Positions 39,131 to 49,000 of a stretch of 64,000 bases of DNA are shown here, one piece after another. Position 1 is the first letter of the stretch. Each line of letters starts with the position of its first letter. The notes beneath the pieces were generated by a model. It saw only the letters and a list, made by a program, of their open reading frames with translations, ran no database searches and had not been told where the DNA came from. The position numbers were made by a program, and so were the translations under genes. The DNA comes from Bacteroidales bacterium (GTDB lineage Bacteria > Bacteroidota > Bacteroidia > Bacteroidales > VadinHA17), in assembly GCA_034004115.1 (NCBI GenBank), contig JAVEXG010000005.1, forward strand, positions 2,657-66,656. Direction: 5' to 3'.

Positions 39131-39175
39131 TAATGTTATACGGATTAATGACGGATACGATCTGGTTTTTACCAC

Positions 39176-40072
39176 TCAGCTTTCAAGAATCAGTTTAAGC
39201 CTGTCGCACAGATCCCTTAGCCCTTCAGGTGTATCTCCTCCTCCCATTTCGATAGTAGCCCATCCGTTGTATCCTGTATCATCAATAGCCTTCATCACAG
39301 CGGTCCAGTTGACATCCCCCTCACGGAGCCTGACATTGAACCCGGCCGACCGGCCTTTTTCATCAGCAAGCTTACGGCTGTACTCCTTAATGTGAATTTT
39401 GGCTATCCTTTTGCCAAGAATCCTGATCCACTGTTCCGGCCAGCCAAAGGCAAGTATGTTGCCGCAATCGAAATAGGCGCCCACAAACTCACTCCGGAAC
39501 TGGTCGATATAACGGGCCATTTCCAGAGGACTAAGAAGAAAACTGTTCCAGACATTCTCGATGGCAATCCTGACCTTCAGCTTTTCTGCCAGCGGAACAA
39601 CCTTCTTTATCTCCCCTGCCGACCGGTCCCAGCATTCATCATAACCGACACTGTCTGTCACGCGTCCGGGTACAAGAAGCACCGTATCGGCACCGAAAGC
39701 TGCCGCATCTTCAAGGGCAACTTTCATTGCGGTTACTCCATCCTCCCTGACAGAAGGATCGGGACTCGACATCAGGAATTTCCAGTGCTGTGAATTACAA
39801 ACACTTGGTACATGCAATCCGGTCTTCTTCATTGCCTGCAGCACCTCAGCCCTGTCGAGATGGCTGTCCACCTCCACGCCGTCAAATCCTGCCTGTTTTG
39901 CAGCTTCAAACTTTTCCATTATGCTGCTGCCCACTCTGATGCCTCCCCACATCATGCCTTTCTTCAGCGACCTGGCAGCCGGGGTACCGAACAAACCTGA
40001 CCCCGTCAACGGCACTGCCGAAATAAATGCAGAAGCAAGACCCGTAGTCCTTGCGAATTGTCTTCTGTTCAT
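39176..40072 (-). CDS. TAT-exported sugar phosphate isomerase/epimerase (xylose-isomerase-like TIM barrel)
   Basis: 'MNRRQFARTTGLASAFISA' twin-arginine signal on an AP-endonuclease-2/TIM-barrel-like body. The start was moved from TTG 40099. Confidence 0.7.
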   Translation of the reverse strand: MNRRQFARTTGLASAFISAVPLTGSGLFGTPAARSLKKGMMWGGIRVGSSIMEKFEAAKQAGFDGVEVDSHLDRAEVLQAMKKTGLHVPSVCNSQHWKFLMSSPDPSVREDGVTAMKVALEDAAAFGADTVLLVPGRVTDSVGYDECWDRSAGEIKKVVPLAEKLKVRIAIENVWNSFLLSPLEMARYIDQFRSEFVGAYFDCGNILAFGWPEQWIRILGKRIAKIHIKEYSRKLADEKGRSAGFNVRLREGDVNWTAVMKAIDDTGYNGWATIEMGGGDTPEGLRDLCDRLKLILES

Positions 40073-40126
40073 TATTGCAGATTTTTCTGATAATATCAAT
40101 GTATTACTCCAACAAAACCCAGGGCA

Positions 40127-41503
40127 TCAACTCAGATTTGGCGCAACTCCTATTACAGGCGGCACTTCAGGGATATCAGGCACGGGGCCGAATTCGAATA
40201 CCTTTGGCCCGAGCGACAGATCGGAATTCATCAGTTCATCCCATGTGACATCCTTGCCCGTGTAAGCCGACATCCTTCCCATGATTGTAATGAGGGTTGA
40301 ATTCACCTGTGCCTCTCCGTCGTTGATTGTATTTCCGGTCCGGATCCCGGTAACAAGATTGATATGCTCCTGAACATAGGGATCAGTGACTTTCCATGTC
40401 TCGTCAGTCGAACCTTCCTCCGGATGCGGATATTTCCATATCTCCTCACCCTTAAGATTATATATCATCCCCTTTGCATTTGCAAATCCTTCAGTGCCAA
40501 CAATGAACTGCTCGGTAAGATTGCTGCATCCTGTTATCTGACGGGCGGCGCAATGAGTATGCATCCCGTTGTCGTAGACGTATTCGACGCTGAAGAAATC
40601 GTACTGGTCGCCGCTCACTCTCCTCTGGCGCCCTCCCCATCCCATCGCCTTGACAGGATTTTTACCGATATACCAGTTCATAACATCAACTTCATGAATG
40701 AACTGTTCAACTATATGATCGCCGGAAAGCCAGCAGAAATTTGCCCAGTTACGCAGCATGTATTCCATATCCGTCCACCCGGGCTGGCGCTGAACCACCC
40801 ACAGACCACCGCCATTGCGAATAATATGGGCGCTGACTATGTCGCCGATTTCACCGCTTGCCACCCTGCGCCAGGTCTCGGCAAAATCCTTCTGAACGCG
40901 CCTTATGGTGCCGCTTACCATGCAGAGTCCCTTCTCCTGGGCTCTCTTAACAGAGATCAAAACTTTCCTGGCTCCAACCGGATCCACTGCAACGGGCTTC
41001 TCCATGAAAATATGTTTTCCGGCATTCACGGCTGCCTCAATATGATACGGCCTGAATGCAGGAGGAGTGCACAGAAGTACAAGATCGACTCCCGAATCTA
41101 TTACCTTCTGATAGCTGTCAAAACCAAGGAAACAATTCTCATCAGCGACTTCAACTGCATGCTTTGATTTCCTTAGTTGCTCCCTGCACTGGTCAAGCTT
41201 GTCCTTGAAGACATCACCGAGGGCCGTTATCTGCAAATTCGGACCCGCATCGAGGAAGTTTACTGCAGCGCCCGTACCTCTGCCTCCGCATCCGATCAGA
41301 CCTGCCTTTATTGGCTTGCCATCGGGAGCCTGAGTCAGAAATGCGGGTAACGGGACCTCTGTCCTTTTTGGTTTACCGGAACACGATGAAACCAGCCCTG
41401 CGGTTCCTATTGCTCCAATAGCCGCCAGTGATGTTCTTGAAATAAAACTACGACGGTCGATACCTTCTCTAACTGTGCTTTTCGGGCTTTTGTCTTTTTC
41501 CAT
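40127..41503 (-). CDS. TAT-exported Gfo/Idh/MocA-family oxidoreductase
   Basis: 'RRSFISRTSLAAIGAIG' signal and 'IKAGLIGCGGRGTGA' Rossmann motif. Confidence 0.85.
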   Translation of the reverse strand: MEKDKSPKSTVREGIDRRSFISRTSLAAIGAIGTAGLVSSCSGKPKRTEVPLPAFLTQAPDGKPIKAGLIGCGGRGTGAAVNFLDAGPNLQITALGDVFKDKLDQCREQLRKSKHAVEVADENCFLGFDSYQKVIDSGVDLVLLCTPPAFRPYHIEAAVNAGKHIFMEKPVAVDPVGARKVLISVKRAQEKGLCMVSGTIRRVQKDFAETWRRVASGEIGDIVSAHIIRNGGGLWVVQRQPGWTDMEYMLRNWANFCWLSGDHIVEQFIHEVDVMNWYIGKNPVKAMGWGGRQRRVSGDQYDFFSVEYVYDNGMHTHCAARQITGCSNLTEQFIVGTEGFANAKGMIYNLKGEEIWKYPHPEEGSTDETWKVTDPYVQEHINLVTGIRTGNTINDGEAQVNSTLITIMGRMSAYTGKDVTWDELMNSDLSLGPKVFEFGPVPDIPEVPPVIGVAPNLS

Positions 41504-41529
41504 AGGTTTGATTTAAATATCTGATTATT

Positions 41530-42717
41530 CTAATAAACTTCAAGTTCTCTCCATCCCGGTATTGCCGGGAATTTAACGTGCGGTTCGGTCTGATACCAGT
41601 AACAAACCGAAGCTATATCCGACTTCTGGGCCAGGTACCTGCCTCCCTGCCTCCATCCCAGATCCTGAATCGTAATACGGAGATCCTTCTCAAACCTTAC
41701 GGGATCCATTATATGCCAGCGGTACATCCCGAACCTCTGCATTACGTTATAGTGCCCGTCTCCCTTTATAACCTGGTGAAGACCCGAGTACGGCGTACAG
41801 AATTCTGTGTAATTCACCTCCTCAACCCCATAGGGATTTTTCGCTCTTGTATCAAAATCGTAGGAGCCGCAGATATAATCCTCGGTACCTGTTCCGCAGA
41901 TTGTAGGATATTTTGTGTCGCCGTCGATAAAAAATTTGATCTCGCCTTCACCCCACCAGCCGTTGTTGAACACGCCCCATGCAAGATAAACGCCCACATA
42001 CTGGCCCCTTCCCTTTATCCCGTCAACAATTGTATAGTCGGAAGTCATATTCGGATTGAGCCGTCTGTACTGCGCATGGAAGTAGGCTGCATCATCAGGA
42101 ACATCGGTCAGCGTGTAATCGAGCTGGTAATACAGTGTCATTACGTCAGCATCTCCCACATTCTCCATAGTGATCCTGCAATGCTTCCTGAAGGGCATCA
42201 CCCAGTAGCTGTTAAAGGCGCTTCCCGGATTAACGCAAACGGCCTGGGAAACAAGAGGAGCATACTGGCCCCATCCCATGCCGAAGAAGTCGCCGACCGG
42301 ACATTCAACAGAGGGTTCCGTCTCATTGTCCCAGTAAATTCGCAGTATTGAATAACGCCATTTGCCGGCCGGAGTCATCCATATATGCTGGATCGCTCCC
42401 GGGCCATCAATATCGGCAAGTGTAAAAGTTTCGCCCGGCTGAATCCGGACATAGGGATTCACTTTCCATCCCTGACCCAGGTCGCGGGCTGCATTGAATG
42501 CGTTTGCGACATTTGGTTTATCCTTGTCAGCGGGAGAGGCCATTCCTCCCCTTCCCTTCTCTCCGGTAAAGTTCTCGGGGCTTATCGAACGGGTTTTCGC
42601 ATCGGATAGCCTGTAAAGGTTACCCATGTTCATGTCGAGTCCGTTGAATCCTTTCTGTGAAAAAGCCGAAAAGGCTGACATGGAAAGGATCAGTGCAACA
42701 AAAACGAATTTTCTCAT
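41530..42717 (-). CDS. secreted DUF2961 / GH172-family protein
   Basis: Signal peptide. The size and 'ISPENFTGEKGRGG ... IDGPGAIQHIWMT ... LRIYWD' region recall DUF2961. This assignment is from memory only. Confidence 0.6.
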   Translation of the reverse strand: MRKFVFVALILSMSAFSAFSQKGFNGLDMNMGNLYRLSDAKTRSISPENFTGEKGRGGMASPADKDKPNVANAFNAARDLGQGWKVNPYVRIQPGETFTLADIDGPGAIQHIWMTPAGKWRYSILRIYWDNETEPSVECPVGDFFGMGWGQYAPLVSQAVCVNPGSAFNSYWVMPFRKHCRITMENVGDADVMTLYYQLDYTLTDVPDDAAYFHAQYRRLNPNMTSDYTIVDGIKGRGQYVGVYLAWGVFNNGWWGEGEIKFFIDGDTKYPTICGTGTEDYICGSYDFDTRAKNPYGVEEVNYTEFCTPYSGLHQVIKGDGHYNVMQRFGMYRWHIMDPVRFEKDLRITIQDLGWRQGGRYLAQKSDIASVCYWYQTEPHVKFPAIPGWRELEVY

Positions 42718-42870
42718 ACTTTCTGGGTTATTGTGATTGATTAACAGGTCAGCAGGTCAGCAGGTGATCATTTGCTTAAAATTAAAAAAATCTGATCACT
42801 TACAGGAAAAAAATCCGCATTTTATTCAAATCTTTATGCCGGACAGGGTCACATCGATATTTTTAAAGAC

Positions 42871-42978
42871 CCCCTTTCCCGTCACGCGATGCGGGAGGCT
42901 TTTTGCGCTTTCCCCCCGGGAGCAAAAGCATGTTGCCCCTTCCCCCCTGGGGGAAGGTTGGGAAGGGGGTTTTATATT
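42871..42978 (+). promoter_or_regulatory. C/G-rich multi-hairpin leader ending in a terminator-like stem + U-run (possible attenuator)
   Basis: It follows the -7-like TATTTTTA (42858-42865). Hairpins lie at about 42875-42898 and 42901-42927. The arm CCCCTTCC (42936-42943) can pair either with GGAAGGGG (42950-42957) or with GGAAGGGG (42961-42968), which is followed by GTTTTATATT. Confidence 0.4.
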
Positions 42979-43029
42979 AGTGACAATAGGCCGAAATCCG
43001 TATTTTTGATAAACTACAAATCATCTTCC

Positions 43030-44631
43030 ATGAATTTCAAGTTTTCAATACCTCACAACCTGGTGATAGTCTTCAGCATCATTATCTGTGCTGCTATACT
43101 GACATGGGTTATTCCCGGCGGCCGGTACGAACGGGAAACAGTTGATGTCAACGGTGTTGAGCGAAGCGTGATTGTGAACGGTTCATTTCAGTACGTGGAT
43201 AGCCAGCCGCAAACCTGGCAGGTTTTCTCTGCATTTTACAAGGGCTTCATCAATATGTCGCACATAATTGTATTCATACTTATGGTCGGTGGTGCCTTCT
43301 GGATAATGAACGATACAAAGGCCATTGATGTGGGGATTTTCTCATTTCTGGGATTCACCCGGCGAATGGAAAAATACAAGGCAGTGAGACTGCTGGGAGT
43401 CAACAATATGGTGATCTCATTCATAATGGTGCTTTTCAGTCTCTTTGGAGCGATATTCGGAATGGCCGAGGAGACGATTGCCTTTTCGGTGATCTTCGTG
43501 CCTCTTGCAATTTCGATGGGTTATGATTCACTTGTCGGCATAGCCCTGTGCTATTTCGCTGCCCATATCGGATTTGCAGGAGCCATTCTCAATCCCTTCA
43601 CTGTAGGGATTGCCCAGGGGCTGGCAAGTGTGCCGCTTTTCACAGGGATCGAATACAGGACACTTTGCTGGGTGCTTATCACTGTGACCGGAATTCTGTT
43701 CGTATTATGGTATGCAGCACGCATCAGAAAGAATCCTGCGAAAAGCATCATGTATGAGGCTGACAGTTTCTGGAGGCAAAAAGGCAACTCCCAGACCGGA
43801 GAGATAAAATACCATACCCCCCGGTCAGCATGGCTCACAGCTCTTGCAACAGGCATTGTCGTCGTGATCTTTGCCGTGAAATACCCTGTAACCCAGCTTA
43901 ATATAGGACTGACAAAGATATCGGCTCCGATAATGCCGGTGCTGGCAGCGTTATTTCTTATTTTCAGCTATATAAGCCTGAGAAAATCGATCCACTTCTT
44001 TGTGCTTACTATTCTTGCCTTCACAATGATGTATCTCGTGGCAGGTGTTCTGGGATATGAATGGTACATTATGGAAATTGCAGCGTTGTTTCTTGCAATG
44101 GGGCTTGTAACAGGTTTTGCAGCCGGGAAAAAGCCCGGCGATCTGGCCAGGCTTTTTATTGAAGGTGTTAAGGATATTGTTTCGGCAGCACTTGTTGTAG
44201 GCTTTGCAGGAGGGATAATTGCAGTCCTCACTGACGGCCAGATAATCGATACAGTGCTCTTTTCGCTTTCGGGAGCACTTGAAGGGTCGGGGCAGATGTC
44301 GGCACTGACAATAATGTATGCTTTTCAATCGGCGCTTAACCTTGTAATTACCTCAGGCTCGGCAAAAGCTGCACTTACGATTCCCATCATGGCTGAATTT
44401 TCCGATCTGGTGGGTCTTACCAGGCAGGCAACCATAATGGCTTTCCAGTTCGGGGCAGGCTTCACTGACATGATAGCCCCTACATCCGGAGTACTAATGG
44501 GAGTACTTGGAATGGCAAGGGTGCCCTACGTCAAATGGCTGAAATGGATAATGCCTGTTCTTATTATCCTTGTACTGCTTGGTTTCCTGCTGCTTATACC
44601 AACAGTAACCATGAAACTCAGCGGGTTCTAG
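43030..44631 (+). CDS. YfcC/DcuC-like (C4-dicarboxylate anaerobic carrier family) transporter
   Basis: Polytopic, about 530 aa. The start was moved to ATG 43030 (MNFKFSIPHN); the upstream 47 codons of the track ORF run through the hairpin leader and are low-complexity. Confidence 0.7.
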   Translation: MNFKFSIPHNLVIVFSIIICAAILTWVIPGGRYERETVDVNGVERSVIVNGSFQYVDSQPQTWQVFSAFYKGFINMSHIIVFILMVGGAFWIMNDTKAIDVGIFSFLGFTRRMEKYKAVRLLGVNNMVISFIMVLFSLFGAIFGMAEETIAFSVIFVPLAISMGYDSLVGIALCYFAAHIGFAGAILNPFTVGIAQGLASVPLFTGIEYRTLCWVLITVTGILFVLWYAARIRKNPAKSIMYEADSFWRQKGNSQTGEIKYHTPRSAWLTALATGIVVVIFAVKYPVTQLNIGLTKISAPIMPVLAALFLIFSYISLRKSIHFFVLTILAFTMMYLVAGVLGYEWYIMEIAALFLAMGLVTGFAAGKKPGDLARLFIEGVKDIVSAALVVGFAGGIIAVLTDGQIIDTVLFSLSGALEGSGQMSALTIMYAFQSALNLVITSGSAKAALTIPIMAEFSDLVGLTRQATIMAFQFGAGFTDMIAPTSGVLMGVLGMARVPYVKWLKWIMPVLIILVLLGFLLLIPTVTMKLSGF

Positions 44632-45104
44632 AAAATGTACCTTATAGACAATGCTCCGCCGTCACCCCAGAAACCGCTATATCCTGTAAGGTTGAATGCA
44701 GGCTTCCAGTCGAGGCCTATGTTGATTGGAACTTCCTCGAAATTATATTCGATACCCAGAATTCCATCAATTCCGATTACGGTATAATTCTCACCCGGGT
44801 CTCCCCATCTGTCGCCTGTGTTGTCACCATTCCAGAATCCGATGTGAGCCCCGCCGCCGAAGTACCAGTTAAGTCGTGATACATCGAAAGCATTGTCGTG
44901 GACTTCATACAAGCCGGTAAGCTCGAATCCTCTCCATCTTGTAGAAAGAATACCTTCAAAAGCAGACCGTTGACTGACAAAATGCTTGATTGTTAGACCA
45001 TTTGAGAAACCAAGCCTCAGGCCCACCCCAGTATTGTAATCCTGGGCTGAAGCAAAAGCAGACAGGAATATTACAAGGGTAAATGTGAGAACGATCTTTT
45101 TCAT
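44628..45104 (-). CDS. small outer-membrane beta-barrel protein
   Basis: Signal peptide 'LSAFASAQ', alternating beta-strand pattern and a C-terminal '..IRYIF'. Its stop overlaps the yfcC stop in a shared CTAG. Confidence 0.55.
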   Translation of the reverse strand: MKKIVLTFTLVIFLSAFASAQDYNTGVGLRLGFSNGLTIKHFVSQRSAFEGILSTRWRGFELTGLYEVHDNAFDVSRLNWYFGGGAHIGFWNGDNTGDRWGDPGENYTVIGIDGILGIEYNFEEVPINIGLDWKPAFNLTGYSGFWGDGGALSIRYIF

Positions 45105-45153
45105 AGCTAATAGTTTTTGTTAATAACACGACAAATTTATTAAAACATTTAAT

Positions 45154-45194
45154 ATAAAAAAAGGGGAAGGATTTACCCCGGATCCTCTCCCCTT
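45154..45194 (-). terminator. intrinsic terminator (minus strand)
   Basis: Minus-strand RNA: AAGGGGAGAGGAU, a 9-nt loop, AUCCUUCCCCUU, then UUUUUUAUAUU. Confidence 0.7.
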
Positions 45195-45263
45195 CAAAAG
45201 CCCCGGATTATTCACCCGGGAAAGAATGATTAACAAACCAAACAAACCAAACTTAAACCAAAG

Positions 45264-45398
45264 CTAACTTACGAAGAATACATACTTGTAGTCAAAACCG
45301 TTTTCGCGAAGCCACCATCTTAAGGCTTTTGCAATTTTTCTCCTTCTGAGCATTACCGTCCCAAGTTCCTGTGATGATATCCTGTAGAAAGTTTTCAT
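45264..45398 (-). CDS. 44-aa basic small ORF (hypothetical)
   Basis: MKTFYRISSQELGTVMLRRRKIAKALRWWLRENGFDYKYVFFVS. It falls below the ORF-track cut-off. It has an ATG start and is followed by the strong terminator at 45154-45194. Confidence 0.3.
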   Translation of the reverse strand: MKTFYRISSQELGTVMLRRRKIAKALRWWLRENGFDYKYVFFVS

Positions 45399-45836
45399 GA
45401 CTCTGTTTTTATTTGACTTTTATCCTGATTCCTTTATTGTAAAGATACTGCCCGAAACAAAGCCTGTCAATACGCTCAGGCCCAATTAATGAGGAATGCA
45501 GCATGTCATACACCCCCCTTTGTCAATTAAATTCCGTGAATCGGCCCTGGCTTTTCCCTGCTCATAAATGAAACCCGCTGTTTCGTCAAAACGGGGGCGG
45601 AATTTACCAGTGCAACTGCCGGAATTGTATTATATCACCTCCGTCTCCGGTCAAAATCCTGATTTTCTATCAATTAGAATCCGCATAGCCGGAATTTAGT
45701 GCAAACCCGGGCTTTTGACCAAAGGTTAAAACAGAATGATGTAAATTTGCCAAAACCTATGATTCCGGGATAAATTCACCGGTTTTTTCTCCTTATTGAG
45801 TATCTTTCAACCCCAAAATCTTAGTCTTTTTGAATT

Positions 45837-46757
45837 ATGCCACTCAATATTTCAGATAATCTTCCGGCAGTCAGGATCCTTGAAAACGAGAACATATTCG
45901 TTATGAAGGAGACCAGGGCAGTTCATCAGGATATAAGGCCACTGCAGATTCTGATCTTCAACCTTATGCCCGTTAAGATCACAACCGAAACCCAGATATT
46001 GAGGCTCCTCAGCAATACGCCCCTTCAGGTTGAGATCACCCTGATCAACACCAGCATGCACCTTTCGAAGAATACCCCCAGGGAGCATCTTGACTCATTC
46101 TACAAGACATTTGACGACATTGCTCATCACAAGTTTGATGGCCTGATAATTACGGGCGCCCCAATAGAGCATCTGGAATTCGAGGAGGTTGATTACTGGG
46201 ATGAGATGGTGAGGATAATGAACTGGGCCGATCAGCATATAACCTCAACATTGTACATCTGCTGGGCATCCCAGGCCGGCCTTTGGCATCATTACGGGAT
46301 CCCGAAGTATATGATGGACGAAAAGAAATTCGGTGTCTTCAGTCACAGGATATACAATAAGAAACATGTTCTCACAAGAGGCTTCGACGACGATTTTCTC
46401 GCCCCGCACTCAAGATATACCGAGGTGAGAAAAGAGGATATTGAAAGAGTGAGCGACCTGGAGATACTTGCCGACTCAGATGAAGCGGGCATATACCTGC
46501 TGGCTTCGCGCGACCTTAAAAGGGTATTTGTGACAGGCCATTCCGAATACGACCCACTGACGCTTAAAGAGGAATATGAACGCGATATTGCAAAGGGACT
46601 CGATATAAAAATTCCAAGGAACTATTTCCTCAATGATGATCCCCGCTGCGAGCCTGTTGTGAAATGGAGAAGCCATGCCAGCCTTCTGTTCTCAAACTGG
46701 CTTAACTATTGTGTTTACCAGGTTACCCCTTTTGTGCTCGAAAACGGGAAACGGTAA
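45837..46757 (+). CDS. metA: homoserine O-acyltransferase (MetA family)
   Basis: '[13 protein letters not shown]', 'DGLIITGAP', 'CWASQAGL' (catalytic Cys) and 'HSRYTEV'. Confidence 0.9.
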   Translation: MPLNISDNLPAVRILENENIFVMKETRAVHQDIRPLQILIFNLMPVKITTETQILRLLSNTPLQVEITLINTSMHLSKNTPREHLDSFYKTFDDIAHHKFDGLIITGAPIEHLEFEEVDYWDEMVRIMNWADQHITSTLYICWASQAGLWHHYGIPKYMMDEKKFGVFSHRIYNKKHVLTRGFDDDFLAPHSRYTEVRKEDIERVSDLEILADSDEAGIYLLASRDLKRVFVTGHSEYDPLTLKEEYERDIAKGLDIKIPRNYFLNDDPRCEPVVKWRSHASLLFSNWLNYCVYQVTPFVLENGKR

Positions 46758-46805
46758 AACAGTCTTTATTTTTCCTTATCCGGGCGAACTAAAAGCATAC
46801 ATGGA

Positions 46806-47921
46806 TCAGTCGTCGAAATTAATATTCCGGTAGTAGGAAAGCTCATTGGCCATCTTCCTGAATGTCTTCCTGTTCTGCTTGTCATCCATGTAACCGCTGA
46901 TCCGGCTCAGACCAAAATAGGCATATGATGAGTAATCGTTGCCGTAATAACCATACCTTGAAAATTCACTGATTCCCCTGTTGTAGTACTTCCCCGCCTG
47001 ATCATAATTGCGGTAACGCTTTTCCTGAAGTATCCCGTTGAATACCGACATCTGTGCCTGGAAAAACCTGTTTGTGCTGCTGCCCTTAAGTGATTTCATT
47101 ACTGCTTCAGCTTCACTGTATTTTTTAAGAAGAAGAAGATTCTTTATATATCCTGCCGTGTAGGGCAGGTTTGCCGGATAAAGTTCATATAGTCCCTTGG
47201 TATAGGGAAGAGCCAGCTGATAATTGTTTTCAAAGCTCATGAATATATACGACAGAAATGACCAGGCTTCGGCCTTCAGCATGATTGAATTGAAAGCGGC
47301 ATTCTGCATCTCGGCTATACCCTTTACCCTGTCGCCCCTTGGAAAGAGAAATGCAAGCACCTTGTAGATGGGATGAGCCTCAGGATATGCCTCCCGGTAG
47401 TAATTATACAAGCCCGTGAAAAAATTGAAATCGGGATAAACTGTTGCGTAATCAAACGATTCCCTGATATACCTGTAAGTGTCAATAACCATTGGATTGA
47501 TCTTTGATTGCAGGTTATTGTCGGCATAGTACATCAGAAGCATTCCCCTCGCACCAAGATTCGCAAGAAGATATTCGGCATAATTGCCCTGATCCTGTTC
47601 TTTCTCGCACAGGCTGATGCATGTTGTCATGTCCTTCTCATACAAGTCGGAAGCCTGGCTCATCGGAGTCAGCGGATGGTTCGACCAGTAAGTCAGCATC
47701 CCGTTGTAAAGATAAAGCACCGGATGGTCCGGATAGATTTCGGAAAGCATTATAGCTGTCTGTCTGGCTTCTGAAAATCTGAAACCGTAAATATCATCAA
47801 CACCCTTCTTCAATATTCTTATTGCAGCTGTGTCATTCAGTATCTGACCATGGACTGCCGGGACAGCCAGCGTCATCAACAAAAAAATACATTTCCTGAT
47901 TATCTGTGACATGGTTGACAT
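46806..47921 (-). CDS. hypothetical secreted protein, helical/TPR-like
   Basis: It has a signal peptide and is rich in Y/N/L helices. I recognise no motif. Confidence 0.35.
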   Translation of the reverse strand: MSTMSQIIRKCIFLLMTLAVPAVHGQILNDTAAIRILKKGVDDIYGFRFSEARQTAIMLSEIYPDHPVLYLYNGMLTYWSNHPLTPMSQASDLYEKDMTTCISLCEKEQDQGNYAEYLLANLGARGMLLMYYADNNLQSKINPMVIDTYRYIRESFDYATVYPDFNFFTGLYNYYREAYPEAHPIYKVLAFLFPRGDRVKGIAEMQNAAFNSIMLKAEAWSFLSYIFMSFENNYQLALPYTKGLYELYPANLPYTAGYIKNLLLLKKYSEAEAVMKSLKGSSTNRFFQAQMSVFNGILQEKRYRNYDQAGKYYNRGISEFSRYGYYGNDYSSYAYFGLSRISGYMDDKQNRKTFRKMANELSYYRNINFDD

Positions 47922-48150
47922 CTATCAAATATCCCTCCAAATTACAACTTTTCCGGTCATGCCGGTAACCAGATAACCGGGCCGGTAGTCAGTCCTAACT
48001 TATAACGTTGATTTAAAGAGACCAGGGCGAAGCAAGAAAGAAAAAAAAAGTTAATTATTCTCCGCTGCTGAACATATCTATCAGGTTGTTGTTTGAACAT
48101 ATACCGGCTTACTTTAAGTTGTTCTTTAACTCACTAATCCCGTTCCCAAC

Positions 48151-48912
48151 ATGTTCTCTTTAAAAAAAATATTCAACACTAAAGGGTTTGCAGGAATGCC
48201 GGGAAGGAGAGCGGAACACAGGAATTTTCGTATCCCCCTGATCGGCGAAAAGGCGCCCTCATTCACCTGTGATTCAACTACAGGAAAATTTACATTCCCC
48301 TACGATTATGGCACTTGCTGGAAGATACTTCTCAGTCATCCTCTCGATTTCACCCCTGTATGTTCGACGGAACTGATTGAACTGGCAGCGTTACAGGAGG
48401 AATTTGATAAAATTGGTACTGTTTTATGCGCTGTGTCAACAGATCCCCTTGAGATACATAAGCAATGGAAGAAAGCCCTTGAGAAGATAGAATACAAGAA
48501 TAACTCGAAGGTGAAGATCAACTTCCCCATAATTGATGATTCTGGTCTGGCGATAGCCAAGCTTTACGGAATGATTCACCGCGAATCGGACAACAGCAGG
48601 GACGTCAGAGGGGTGTTTATCATTGATCCGGATAATAATATCAGGGCCGAATTCTTCTATCCGATGGAAGTGGGAAGAAACATGGAGGAGCTTTTCAGGA
48701 CAGTAGTTGCCCTTCAGACTGCTGACGAGCATAAGGTGATGACACCCGCAAACTGGAAGGCAGGAAATGACGTTCTTGTTCCCTTCCCTGTAAAAGCGCA
48801 TATATCAGCCATGAGCAAGGAATCAGGAGAATTTTATCAGTTCTCATGGTTCATGATTTTCAAACGCGGAATAAGCGGAGGCAACGGGAAAAGGACCCAG
48901 CAATTGGAGTGA
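48151..48912 (+). CDS. peroxiredoxin, Prx6-like 1-Cys type (second copy)
   Basis: 'WKILLSHPLDFTPVCSTEL'. It is a paralog-like version of 15969-16676 with an N-terminal extension. Confidence 0.8.
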   Translation: MFSLKKIFNTKGFAGMPGRRAEHRNFRIPLIGEKAPSFTCDSTTGKFTFPYDYGTCWKILLSHPLDFTPVCSTELIELAALQEEFDKIGTVLCAVSTDPLEIHKQWKKALEKIEYKNNSKVKINFPIIDDSGLAIAKLYGMIHRESDNSRDVRGVFIIDPDNNIRAEFFYPMEVGRNMEELFRTVVALQTADEHKVMTPANWKAGNDVLVPFPVKAHISAMSKESGEFYQFSWFMIFKRGISGGNGKRTQQLE

Positions 48913-49000
48913 GAATCGAAGATACTGACCGATGCAGGAGCGTCATGGTGAGAGAGAAAAAATAAGCTCCATAATGATGAAATTGTGAATCGCCGGAATA

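Noticed and set aside
39074-39171. Direct repeats GATACGATCTG(G)TTTTTA (39074-39090 and 39154-39171) flanking the 39094-39130 hairpin, considered as a possible tiny MITE.
   Set aside because: The unit is only about 100 bp and sits between convergent gene ends, where terminators are expected. I saw no other copy in the window, so it is reported only as a terminator-like hairpin.
42889-43029. The N-terminal 47 codons of the ORF-track YfcC model (MREAFCAFPPGAKACCPFPPGG...).
   Set aside because: The translation is low in complexity and coincides with the C/G-rich hairpins. A good ATG (43030) directly precedes the first transmembrane segment.
44628-44631. The convergent yfcC and OMP genes share their stop codons in a single CTAG.
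   Set aside because: It is real in the sequence but most simply explained as chance compaction. No functional implication can be supported.
45399-45836. A SAM riboswitch upstream of metA.
   Set aside because: Isolated words (GGCCC, ATGAAACCCG, GCAAC) resemble pieces of SAM-I, but their spacing and order do not fit the four-way junction. I could not build the P1-P4 helices.
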